From Dipteris shenzhenensis (lineage: Eukaryota): DNA of 64,000 bases. This document shows positions 40,452 through 53,007 of the stretch, in pieces. Under the pieces are notes generated by a model. It was not told where the DNA came from and made no database searches. It worked only from the letters and a program-made list of their open reading frames with translations. Both the position numbers and the translations under genes were made by a program. Within the stretch, counting starts at the first letter, position 1, and each line of letters opens with the position of its first letter. The stretch is taken from NCBI GenBank assembly GCA_047967505.1, contig CM106538.1; one strand, 5' to 3'.

Positions 40452-41025
40452 ATGTTGATGCATATATGTATATATTGATGTATATATTGATGCATACAAT
40501 TTTGATATATGGAGAAAATGGACATGAAAATCATCTAAATTGGCTCTTGCCGTTTGATTTGATATATGACATGACCCCATTTAGATTTGTAAGTCCAAAG
40601 ATACGGGGTCCTACTTTTAGGGCCTGAATGCTTGAAATAGGCAGCGCGTTAACACGCTGCCTATTTCATGCATTTAGGCCTCAAAAGTAGGACCCCATTG
40701 TGTTGCCAATGGGGTCCTACTTTTGAGGCCTAAATGCATGAAATAGATTTTAGGCATTCAGACCCTAAAAGTAGCACCCCGTATCTTTGGACTTGCATAT
40801 CCGAGTGGGGTCATGTCATATATCAAATCGAATGGCAAGATCCAATTTAGATGGTTTTCATGTCCATTTTCTCCATCAACTAAAACTATATTCATCAAAT
40901 AATGTTGTTTATCAATTTTTGGCATACCCTCCCCCCCCCCCCCCCAAAATCAAGACCCCCATTTTGCTGTATGTATGTAAGTATGTATATATGTATGTAT
41001 ATACATACATATATATGTATATGTG

Positions 41026-41071
<46 letters not shown>

Positions 41072-41712
41072 CACACACATGTATGTATGTATGTATGTAT
41101 GTATGTATATATATATATATATACATACATACATATGTATATATTGATGCATATATTGATGCATATCTTGATGTATATATTTATGCATACAATTTTGATT
41201 GATGGAGAAAATAGGCATGAAAACCATCTAAATTGGCTCTTGCCGTTCGATTTGATATAGGACATGATCCCATTGGGATTTGTAAGTCCAAAGATACGGG
41301 GTCCTACTTTTAGGGCCTGAATTCCTGAAATAGGTATCTTGTCAATGTGCTACCTATTTCATGCATTTAGGCCTCAAAAGTAGGACCTCATTTGGTCCTA
41401 CATGGGGTCCTACTTTTGAGGCCTAAATGTATGAAATAGGCAGTGCATTAACGCGCTGCCTATTTCAGGCATTCAAGCCCCCTTCAAGCCCTAAAAGTAA
41501 GACCCCGTATCTTTGGAATTACAAATCCAAATGGGGTCATGTCATACATCAAATCAAATGGCAAGAGCCAATTTAGATGTTTTCATGCCTATTTTATTGA
41601 TTTAATAAAACTATATGCATCAAATAATGTTGTTTATCAATTGGCATACACCCCCAAAATCAAGACCCCCATTGGAAAGAAAGGTAAGGAACACAAGTGC
41701 TTGTTCTTATGT
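38490..41712. repeat. Tandem array of ~700-750-bp units, each a ~450-bp palindrome plus a microsatellite-bearing spacer
   Basis: Palindrome centres at ~39235, 39980, 40702 and 41395. Arms carry the inner palindrome AATAGGCAGCGCGTTAACGCGCTGCCTATT. Spacers contain (TATG)n, (TA)n and (TG)n. Confidence 0.9.
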
Positions 41713-44700
41713 TTAGGGGACATTAAAAAAGAGGCCTGGTAGCCCAAAAATGGCAGCGCATCAATGCGCTATCATTTTTGGGTTGCCAGGTCTCTTTTTT
41801 ATTGTCTCACGAGCATACATATGGAGGTTATTATACAATATAACTAAGAAGTAGTATTGAAGTAGTTCTACAATTTGGATGCATTAAGAGCATTCATATA
41901 GCAAGGAAGAATATAATAATTGAATACATTTTTTTTTCAATACATATTGCTAGTGAGACTACCAAAAAGAGGCTCTACCCCTCATGATGTCTCTGGATAC
42001 AGAATATGAGATTGCTTGATGCTTGGATTGCAGCTGGAAACATTGTGTGGGCAAAGCCACTATATGCCTCAAGTGTTGGAAATTGATGTATGGCTCAAGT
42101 GCTAGAATGTGCAAATCATCACCAAAATCAAGACCCCGTAGAGATTCCATGAGGGCTATCCTTTTACTACTACGCACATCACCTTTAGTCGAGGGCAGAA
42201 CCATTCATCATCACAGGCAGCAGGTTCATGGGACCCCATCCCATGATCCAAGGCATTATTCAAAGACAAGTATTTCTGACCATTCCCAAATTGAGTTTGC
42301 CAATTCCTAATCTGATTGATTTCGTTTACTGGACTTGCAATGCTTGCAAAGCCCTTGCTTAAGCTTGAATGAGCCTCTTGATTTTGGGGGTATAATGGTC
42401 AAAAATGGCTTAACACGCCCAAAATCAAGAGGCTCATTCAAGCTTAAGCAAGGGCTTTGCAGGTCTTGTTTTTGGGTGGCAAAAGCACGAAAAATGATAG
42501 CGCATTAAGGTGTTGCCATTCTTATGCTTCCCCCCTCCAAAAACAAGACCCCCAAGCTATTCATTGGAGACACCAAAATGAGGAGAAGGATGACGTGAGG
42601 AGTAGAGGAGCTGGCCAATGAGGGGAGGGACAGCCTTGGAATTGCCAACAACAAGCATGATGCAAGGAGGTGAGAAGGCAAAGAAGCAAGGAGGTGAGGA
42701 GGTGAGGAAGCAAGGAGGCGAGGAGGCAAGAGGTAGTCTTGAAGGGCAACAAGAGGGTGGAGGTGGCCGAAAGAGTAAGCAAGAAAGGGAGGGATGGAGA
42801 TTGCTTGTAGGAAATGCTTGGATTAATGCTACAAATGCCATTTTTTTTTGTGTGTTTTGCAGCATGAAATTTTTATGTCATTTTTCTTTTAAAAAATACA
42901 ACATTGTTGTTATTAATTGCGCTTCAAACAACTCAAGCGGTAAAGCACCATGGATTAGTACAACAATATACATCACAAATGGATGCATGCACTCATATAC
43001 ATCACCGATGGATGCATACACTTCTACTCACATCAATCTCCAATATTGTATTAGATGGACCCTTAGCATATATGTGTGCATAGAAGACCATTTCCTACAT
43101 TGATCCCTGATTTCATAGTTAAATTATTCCCTTTCTCACATTCTAACATGTGAAGATTTAATGTACATGCATTATGGGTACATTATATTGCATTTTATGA
43201 CTAACTTTTTTTATGAATGCATGATACTTGTATATGGTCAAGGAAGGTATATTATCATTTTTGAATGACAACATTACTCTATGCTCCGTTTTATCCTATA
43301 TTAGAAACTATGATCACTAGATATTACATAAATGTATTGCTCCATTATATCCTATACTAAAAACTATTTTGACCCAAATACATAAGGCCAATTGAGGTTA
43401 GTACTCATGACAAGTGATGAAAACAATCCAATGGTATGAATGAGATCTTGTAAATTTTGGATATATAAAATGGGTACTATGTTGATTGAGCTATTTTTCT
43501 AAGGGAATATTTTCAACTTAATTACTAAATACATACTTACAATGGTGACCTGATTCCCATCTATATGTATAATCAAGTTTTACTTTGTGTTAAAAAAAAG
43601 CTTTTGCATAAGGTTAAAATTCGAATAGTATTTATATTTGTTTAAGACTGCCCATTGAGCTGGCTCCTATCCTTATATTGAACATGATAATGTTCATAAA
43701 GATTTTATGAATACAAATAGATAGCATTGGCTCTCTTTTTAGTGGTTGGGAATGAACCCTAAAAGTACCCTAAAACGACTATGTATTCCCTTATTTGTAG
43801 CATGGAAGTGATCATGGTAGAGTGGCATAATCCCTATTTTGCTTTTTTCATAGGTTCTTTTGCTACTCATGGTTGGCGGATACACCACGGCATAGATCCA
43901 AATAGATATTTGGTTTTTTGCTTCAACTTGCTTGACTAGACTTTCCTTGATGATTCTTCGATTGTGCATCATGAGTAGTCACTGGCTTAATTGATGGATT
44001 AAGTGCCATGTTTTCCTTAAAGTTTTTCATACTACAGGATACGAGTTTGCTTATAGGGGTGGAAATAGAAGCTTGTTAACGCCTGGTCTGTTAGATGCAG
44101 CAGGATACTAGTTACAGAGTGTCTTTGCTAATTATTTCACTTGAATCATGCTCCTCTTATGCTTGAGTTTGTGGTCACGTATTGAGTTTAACATAATAGT
44201 CTACAGGATACTGGTGGTTAGATGCATTCATTTCTAGTTCCGATAGAACTATCATTCAGACATTGGTCATAATAGAAGTATGGAGGGCTAAAATCCTTTT
44301 TTGGCTCCCTAAGTTTTTTAAAGCATGGTATTGTCCAGATTACATAGGTATTTTCACTAAGCAAAATTAATCCTTATGATGAAAATGTGTTTTTTTTCTT
44401 TTGACATAGTTAGTTCTGTTTCCATGTTTTTGGATCGAATGTATCGATGATCTTCTGCAAGCATAAAAGACATGATATGTATATGTAGCACATGATCATG
44501 TTTACATATTTTCAGTCATATATTCTACCTTGTGATCTATCATTATCTTGCTGTGTGGATGTTCAATCTGAGTAGTGTTTGCTTTTTTTATCGCAAATTT
44601 TATGTATTGTTGTGTCTCTACCTCTCCACAACGACTCAAATTGATAGTATGGGGATGAAAGAGAAGTTAATTGTGAGTTTCAGGCATGCCTTCATCGTTG

Positions 44701-46512
44701 GAATATGTTTAATTTGCTTATGATCACATCAATTGTTCCAATGATATTGAGAGGAATAAGATGTTGGATGAGGTTCTCGCTCGCTTGAAACCTATTTAAT
44801 CTTGCTCGCTTATTTGGGGCTGCTCGCTTTTCTCCGCTCGCTTTTTGGTAATCCTCAAGGAGGAGGAGTAGAAGTGGTGGTAGAGGATGAGCTAATACTA
44901 GATGCAATAGGCCTAGTCTCATAACCAATCACAAGTTCTTGCCAACCAAAATATTCTTGAGCATAAAAGATCACAAGGCAAAGTTACGTCCTATAGCTAT
45001 TGGTCATCATAATCCCAGAGCTCCTTGATTGAGATATTTTGACTACAAAAACAACACTGATTACAAATGCACCTACAGAGAAAATGCAGCTGAAATGAAA
45101 GTGCCTTTGACTGCCCTATGTAATCACTATAAGAATGGCATCAACTGATTACTCAAAGTGAAACTGATTGTACTATATCATCACCCACTGCAGTCAAACT
45201 GAAAATGCACCTCGAGTGCAAATGTGTGCATCTGAGCACACCAATATCCTCAAAGCCTTCGGAAGAAGCTAGAGGTCACAGATGCAGGGGCTAAAGCAAA
45301 GTTGTATAGATTGGCTATTGTACAGACTGCACATTGAAAGTGTAGCTATACAGATTGGCTACTATATGGACTATATGGCTCAAACATAGCTATATGGAAG
45401 TAGAAGTAATAGAAGTGTTAGTGGCAGGAGGAGGAGTAGAAGTGTAAGTGGCAGGAGGAGGAGTACAAGTGGTGGTAGAGGATGAGCTAGTACTAGATGC
45501 AATAAGCCTAGTCTCATAACCAATCACAAGTTCTTGCCAATCAAAATATTTTTTAGCATAAAATGTCACAAGGCATAGTTGGGTCCTTCCAACTTATCTC
45601 CTTTGGTCATCATAATCCCATAGCTCTCTCATTGAGATATTTTGACTACAAAAACAACACTGATTACAAATGCACCTACAAAGAAAATGCAATTGAAAGG
45701 AAAGTGCCTCTGACTACCCTATGCAATCACTGTAAGAGTGGCATCAATTGCTCAAAGTGAAACTGACTGGACTATAGCATCACCCACTGCAATCAAACTG
45801 AAAATGCACCTCGAGTGCAAATGTGTGCCTTTGAGCACACAATATCCTCAAAGCCGTTTGAAGAAGCTGGAGGTCACGAATGCAAGGGATAAAGCAAAGC
45901 TGTACGGATTGGCTATTGTACGGACTATATGTCTAAAGTGCAGCAATACAAATTGGCTGATATATGGAATGTATGGCTAAAACTTAGCTATATGGACAAG
46001 TAGCATGATGTGTGTACGGTCAAGTGTACGCGGTTGTTGTATGGCTGATAGGCAAATAGCATGGGACTAATGAAAGTCCACGACTAGGCTAGCTAGGGTG
46101 TTAAAAGTTGAGATACAAGCTGAAGTTGCTAGCTGAGTTGGTCACCAATCTACACAACTGCATTGAGCACTAGAGGAAGGAACAATGGACTCGAGCAACA
46201 CACGAACATTTGGGAACTTTCTTGGTGACAAGAAAAGCAACGTAGGAACTGAGTACTACTAAGTGTAGCTCTGATACCACATGAAGGAGCAAAGGAGATG
46301 GTTTGTGAACACAAGTTAGCAAGAATGTGGTCACATAGAGCCTCCAATAGAATGTTTGATGAAATGAAAGTACAAGTACTAGGTATTTATAGCACCCAAG
46401 TACAACACTAGAAAAATAGACTAAGTCATAGTCTATCCTACACCACCATATCATTGTATGTGTCTACAATCCACATCATACTTGCTAGCTCCTTGCCATG
46501 TAGATGTATCTC

Positions 46513-46544
<32 letters not shown>

Positions 46545-46610
46545 CAGAGACAGAGAGAGGTAAAGAGAGAGAAAAATAAATATATATATATACATATACA
46601 TATACATACA

Positions 46611-46654
<44 letters not shown>

Positions 46655-46681
46655 GTACACACACACACACACACATAGTGT

Positions 46682-46720
<39 letters not shown>
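46513..46720. repeat. Compound (TG)n/(GA)n/(TA)n/(CA)n microsatellite
   Basis: Direct read. Confidence 0.9.
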
Positions 46721-46725
<5 letters not shown>

Positions 46726-47198
46726 TAAAGTCTACAAAAGATGGATGGGTCTATGAGACTGGTAGAAGACCTGATACAAAAAACAGAAGGGCAGAGCTAC
46801 TAAGCAAGCATCATCACCCATGCTGAGTGCTAAGTCCTTAAAATATACATAGTCATATATCATTAGTAGTGGCATCATCATCCTCCTCATCAATACAATG
46901 CGGTCTCATAATGGTTTATGTGTTAGGGGGAGCTCGGGGGGAGGGCAAGGTCATGTGAATGTATAGCCAATGATGGAGCATTGGAGGTGGTCGTCTATGG
47001 GCATAGTCTGTCTTGATCTCTTGGTGATGAACCTACTCCTAACCACAGCTACTATAACTACTATGGACCATGCTCCAGGTTTGAATAGGGATATAACTTT
47101 AATCGACGTGTCCATCTGCTATCGAGTATGGCATGTATAAGACTCTGGGTCTCTGCTGCATCTCCCATCAAGGACTGTGTGATCCATATGCTCTGAGT

Positions 47199-47243
<45 letters not shown>

Positions 47244-48330
47244 GCATGGATGCATGTGCTCGAGCACACACATACACACACATGTTCACTTATGCTTTGA
47301 TTTGTATTAACTTGGATTTACACTGAAGAGAAGAATTGTCCTTGCATGTTTGCCTCTTGGGTTCTATATATACTAATTCTAGGATCGAAGGTTGGCGATT
47401 TAGTTTTCTAGGTTTTTGATTCACTCGTTTCAAGTTTCAAGTTTCAAATTTACTTGTTCTAGATCCACTTATCCTATATTCACTTTGGTTTAGGTTCCAA
47501 GTTCACTTGTTTGCATTTTGAATTTAGGAATTGTTAGATATCAATGCTCCACTCTCGTGTAACTACGCAGGAACCAGCTAACTTTACTTGTAAGTGCCCC
47601 ATATGAGGAGAAGGCATTTGAGTAGCTTGGTTATCCGGTAGGTCCTGGTTTGGACACCAGATGGGGGCCATGTGTGGCCTGATGGCTGGATGGCTTCAGA
47701 TAGAGTTGGCACACTGCCAACTAGGCTACATGCAAGTGTGGGAAGGCATCCCTTGACTGACCGCACTGAGGGTAGATGGAGCATTTCTCGGGGCAGCCCA
47801 CTCTCGGGTTGCGGGGCCCGTTTGGAGCCTCAGATGATCCCGGATGGCTTTCGGCCGACTGGAGATCGTAGGTTAGTTGCTCTGTTTTGCGCACCAATTC
47901 TATCGTATGGTCGGTGGCCTATTTCGGGACCGACCTCCAGTCGATCGTTTTGGGCGGACTGGGTCGGTCACCCAATTGAGCCCAACCAACTATGACTAGT
48001 GGCTATATAAGAGCAAGTCCGTGAAGCCCATTTCATCACTGGCTACAGCAACCCTGATTCCTTAGCATCCAGCCTCTGTCCTCTACTGTTTCTGGCATGC
48101 CATCGAAGCTTCTCTCACAGGAGCGCATGGTTGGGAGGCAGCGCCATCTATTGTATCTTTTCTACAGTAATCAAATTTTTGATTCTCCATACTATCTGGT
48201 CTTCTCTCTTGCATACGAGATCCTGTTATCTGTTGAGCACAGACGTATTATTTTCTTACATGGTATCAGAGCCCGGACTCTAGCAAGAAGATTTGGTAGT
48301 GTGTTTCTGTTTGCGAGCAGATTGTGAGAG

Positions 48331-51300
48331 ATGGCCCAGCCTGCAAGACTACGAATCCCACCGTTCGGTGAAAGCGAAAAGTTGGATGGCTGTAACTATC
48401 CACTCTAGAGGTTCAAGATGAAGACCATCCTAAGTGCATATGAGCTTTGGGACACTGCTACTGGGGTGGACGTGAGGCCGATCGTGAGACCGGATCCAGC
48501 CAATACAGGACAACAGATAGTACCAATTGCGGATGAGATTCTCACGTGGAGAAGAAGAAATGCAGATGCGCTATGTTCTATTGTCTGCAGTGTAAGTGAT
48601 CCGTCATGGCATTAATTCAACATGTCACCACAACGGAGGAGGCATGGAAGATCTTGAAAAATCAATACGAGACCACGAATCAGACGTGGATTCAGAATCT
48701 GGAGACTCAACTCACAAACGAGAAATTGTCTGAGTCTGAAGTGGCAGAGAAGTTCATCACCAGGGTGAAGAATCTGTGCGATTAGATGAGTGCAATTGGC
48801 ATCACCATCACCAGCGAGAATCTAGCATGAAGGTGCATATGGATTCTCCCACTAAAGTACGACGGTCTTGTTACAACGCTGAATACACAGAATAGAAATT
48901 CGCCCCTGAACTTTGAGGATTTTAGCGCGATGCTTCTGGAGGAGGAGATGCGTCAAAAGATGAGGACTCCGGCTTTCTATGCTGGATCAAAGAAAGGTAA
49001 GGGTAAGGACTCTGGTAACCTATCTTCTTCTGATGATAAAAGAGAAAGAAGAAGATCAAGTGCTTCTATTGCAACAAGGCAGGGCACAAGCAGAATGAGT
49101 GCCGGAAGAAGATTGCAGATGAGAAGAACGGAGTAAAGAAAGAGTCCAACAACAGCGCGCAGGCAGTACCAGTAGAGTTGTTCATCGCAATTGAGGAGAT
49201 TTACATGGAGGCAGTTCATGTACCTATGGATGAACCATGGATCATTGACAGTGGTGCATCGCGCCACGTGACCAGTCGGAAGGATTGGTATACCTCTCTA
49301 CAGCCGGTAGAGAATGACATCCTGGTAGCAGTCGGCAATGATGCAAAATGTCTAGCAAAAGGAAAAGGTATGATTGCTCTCAAGTCAGATGGAGTTGTAA
49401 AACAGTTGTCCGATGTTCTTTATGTGCCAGATATCAAGAGGAACTTGTTGTCCGTTTTTGCGATCACAGATCGGGACCTCAAAGTTCAATTTGATAAGAA
49501 TGGTGCACAGATCCTGGATCTTCAAGGGAAGGTTGTTGGTAAAGGTACATGGCGCAACAACATCTACAAACTCTCAGCTTTCAGTGCTCGAGCCGATGTG
49601 AAGAACACTAAGCTGGGGCATGAGAGGTTTGGTTATATAAACCTTAGTTCTTTGAAGGAGATGCATAAAAGTGGAATGATTGTAGACCTACCAAAAATTT
49701 CAGATCTGCCCGATGTATGTAAAGCTTGCATGATGGGCAAGCAGCATCGGCATCCCTTTCCTAAAGAGGCCAGCAGGGCAAAGGCTCCTCTAGAGCTCAT
49801 TCACACGGACCTCTACAGAAAGATGGAGACGGAAGCTTTGGGTGGTTCCTACTACTTCATGACGCTGATGGACGACTACAGTAGAAGGATATGGATATAC
49901 TTCATGAATACTAAAGACGAGGCTTTTAGTAGGTTCAAGGAATGGCATGTAATGGTCGAGAAAGAAACGGGGAGGAAGGTGAAGAAGTTGAGATCAGAAA
50001 GAGGTGGAGAGTTCACATCAACTGAATTCAAAAGAGACTGCAAAAGTCACGGAATCAAGAGGCACTAACCCTCGCCACATACATCACAGCAAAATGGAGT
50101 AGCAGAATGCAAGATGCACGTCATCTACGAAATGGGTTGGAGTATGATGAAAGGGAAAGATTTGCCAAAGTCTTTCTGGGTTGAAGCATGTAATGTTAGA
50201 ATCCAAGAGCATGTGCCTAGCCCCCCGCCAAGACCGCTACCACCTCACGAAAGTGCACAACCTTCATGGCCACTACGGAGGCTCTGGCATGTGTGTATGG
50301 CAGGTCCCCACCCCTGCCATAAGGCACCCTTGCCTAGCCAGCCCTCCAACCTCCACAAAAGGCAAGCTTGGGGGAATTGAAGATAGGAGGGGCAACTTGG
50401 ACTATTTATGTCCCTTCATCTTCCACACACCTTTGTATGTGGGATAATTCAACCCTTTCTCCTTTCTTCTTATCCCCTTTGTCCATGAGAGATTTGCACC
50501 TCCAACACCCCCCTCCAATCGATCATGGAAAGAGGTGGCCGGGGATCAGACCTGGGCTCTGATACCATGTTAGAATCCAAGAGCATGTGCCTAGCGTGCC
50601 CCCCGCCAAGACCGCTAGCACCTCATGGAAGTGCACAACCTTCATGGCCACTACGGAGGCTCTGGCATGTGTGTATGGCAGGTCCCCACCCCTGCCATAA
50701 GGCACCCTTGCCTAGCCAGCCCTCCAACCTCCACAAAAGGCAAGCTTGGGGGAATTGAAGATAGGAGGGGCAACTTGGACTATTTATGTCCCTTCATCTT
50801 CCACACACCTTTGTATGTGGGATAATTCAACCCTTTCTCCTTTCTTCTTATCCCCTTTGTCCATGAGAGATTTGCACCTCCAACATGTAACACTGCAGTT
50901 TACATCCTGAATCGTGAATCGTAGCTACACGAAGGCTGTGAACGGGATGACTCCACTGCAAGCCTTTTCTGGTAAGAAACCTTCAGCTCCACATTTCAAA
51001 GTTTTTGGATGTGACTGTTTTGTGCATGTCCCTGATGCTACCAGGACCAAATGGGGACCGAAGAGCCAGAAGTGTATTTTCTTGGGCTATAGTGAAGAGG
51101 CGAATGGTTACCGTCTCTATAACCCTGTTACCAAAAAGGTAATTGTAAGTCGCGATGTGGTCTTCTCAAAACAGCCGCATCAATTGGAAGAGGATGCTTC
51201 CTTCCCAGACAACCAGGACTAGGATATCCATCCAGTACGACCACCAATAGCAAACCGAACTCCCTTAATAGTGCTTGGGAGGATTCAAGATAAAGAAGAT

Positions 51301-53007
51301 GAAGAAGAGCCCACAGAACCACAACGGCAAAGGCCATTCCCGAAGTGGGTAAAGCAGCTTTTGGACGGCAGAGAACCTCCAGCCATTGAGGAGGAACCAT
51401 CCGAACACCGCCAGTCCAAGAGATTAGAGGAGCAAAGAAGAGCGCAGGAACACTTGGTCAACTATGCTTTGATGACAGAAGTGATCCATGCTGATGAACC
51501 CATTTCTTGAAGAGGCACAGGGTGATGATAGATGGATGGAGGCTATGTAGTCAGAGTATGGCTCCATAATGAAGAACAACACTTGGGACCTTGTGGATCG
51601 TCCACCAAAATGCAAGGTAATTGGCACCAAGTGGGTGTACAAGACCAAGTACAAGTACGACGGCACGTTGGATAAGTACAAGGCTCCGACTCGTGGCAAA
51701 AGGATTCGCACAGGTACATGGTTTTGATTATCAAGATACTTTTGCTCCCACAGCTCGACTAACCACAATTCGTAGTGTTTTGGCTTTAGCTGCCCAGGCA
51801 AGTTGGCACGTGTTTCAAATGGATGTGAAATCTGCCTTTCTGAATGGAGATCTCAAGGAGGAGATATACGTGGAACAACCACCAGGTTTTGAGATCCCCG
51901 ATTCAGAAGGTAAAGTCTGCAAACTGAAGAAGGCACTTTACGGGCTGAAACAGGCCCCACGAGCGTGGTACCAGCAAATCGATGCCTACTTTCTGCAAAA
52001 TGGGTTCAGGAGGAGCCCATCTGATGTAAATTTGTATATCTTTAGAGGAGGAGGCAAGTGTATGATCATGGTCCTTTATGTGGACGACCTTGTCCTAACA
52101 AGGAACCATGAAGAGAAGATCTCGCAGACAAAGAATTTGCTAGGAAGAGAGTTTGAAATGACAGATGCATTTGTGTTTTGGGATTGAAGTTTGGCAAGAG
52201 CCGAAACAGATCTTCATTTCACAACTGAAGTATGCTGGAGAGATACTGAAGGCATTTGGCATGGCTGAGTGCAAGACAGTTGGTACCCCTATGGAGGTTG
52301 ACGTGAAGCTCTCAAACGAGGATTCATCACCACTGGTGGATGAAGCAAAGTACAGAAGGCTTGTGGGCAGCTTGATTTACCTGTGCAACACATGGCTGGA
52401 CATCAGTTTTGCGACTGGTGTACTAAGCAGGTTTTCCAATAAGCCCCGAGAGAACCGTTGGAGGGTAGGGATGCAGGTGCTGAAATACATCAAAGGCACA
52501 CTTGATTATGGCATCACCTATACCAAGGGCAACATCTTGACCGGATTCTGTGACTCGGATTGGGCAGGAGACGTGGACATCAGAAGATTAGTGACAGGTT
52601 ATTGTTTCTCACTTGGATCTGGAGTTGTATCATGGGTCAGCAAGAAGCAACCCACAGTTGCTCTTTCTTCTACCGAGGCCAAGTACAAATCTACATGCTT
52701 TGCTTCTTATGAGGCAGTGTGGTTGAGGAGGATTCTGGGGGACATGGGTGCAGTGCAGAACAAGCCTATGCATTTATCATGTGACAATCAGAGTTGCATG
52801 GCGATTGCAAAGAACTCGGTGTTCCATGCTTGCACAAAACACATTGAGATTCAATATCGCTTTGTACGCGAGCTCATCATGGATGGAGAGGTCGACTTGG
52901 TGTACTGTTTGACTACAGAGAATGCTGTAGACATCTTCACGAAGGCTCTTGGAAGAGACTTGTTGGAGAGGCATCTTCATCGACTTGGCATTGGGCCAAA
53001 AAAGTAA
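48331..53007 (+). pseudogene. Copia gag-pol polyprotein with stops, frameshifts and a TRIM insertion
   Basis: 'EKLDGCNYPL', knuckle 'CFYCNKAGHKQNEC', PR 'WIIDSGASRH', INT 'LIHTDL...MDDYSR', RT 'QMDVKSAFLNG' and 'LYVDD', RNase H 'FCDSDWAGD' and 'CDNQS'. Confidence 0.95.
50194..50885 (-). mobile_element. TRIM (miniature LTR retrotransposon) nested in the integrase
   Basis: Near-identical LTRs 50194-50507 and 50568-50885. 60-bp interior with PBS (50556-50567, minus) and PPT (from 50508). TSD TGTAA on both sides. Confidence 0.95.

Larger units (their letters stand above)
34717..44856. mobile_element. 10.1-kb non-autonomous TIR DNA transposon, Mutator (MULE)-like
   Basis: Imperfect ~55-bp TIRs. 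Left: GAGG-N10-AGCGAGTGAGGAAAAGCGAGC. Right, reverse-complemented: GAGG-N10-AGCGAGCGGAGAAAAGCGAGC. 9-bp TSD CAGGAGGAG (34708-34716) versus AAGGAGGAG (44857-44865). The empty site is visible in the duplicated gag at ~45421-45440. No transposase recognised. Confidence 0.75.
32245..46468 (-). mobile_element. 5' half of a Ty1/copia element (LTR, PBS, gag, PR, INT), interrupted by a 10-kb TIR element
   Basis: LTR 46282-46468; PBS 46268-46279. UTR and gag start duplicated (~44860-45400 and ~45445-45995). gag reads across the insertion ('GYETRP...TPPP | PATNTS...YAWEKL'). PR 'WYLDSGATKHM' (~33765-33795), 'WHARFGH', INT 'VHSDVC...FIDDYSR' and 'FWGEA'. Ends at 'PKWARLT' (~32260). Confidence 0.9.

Noticed and set aside
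38342-41265. Many ORFs rich in YIHT, MYVC and CVCV
   Set aside because: Microsatellite translations.
48261-48272. tRNA-Met similarity
   Set aside because: It is a retrotransposon primer-binding site, not a tRNA gene.
47584-48327. Short ORFs repeated at 53090-53926
   Set aside because: They lie inside the two LTRs; the similarity reflects LTR duplication.
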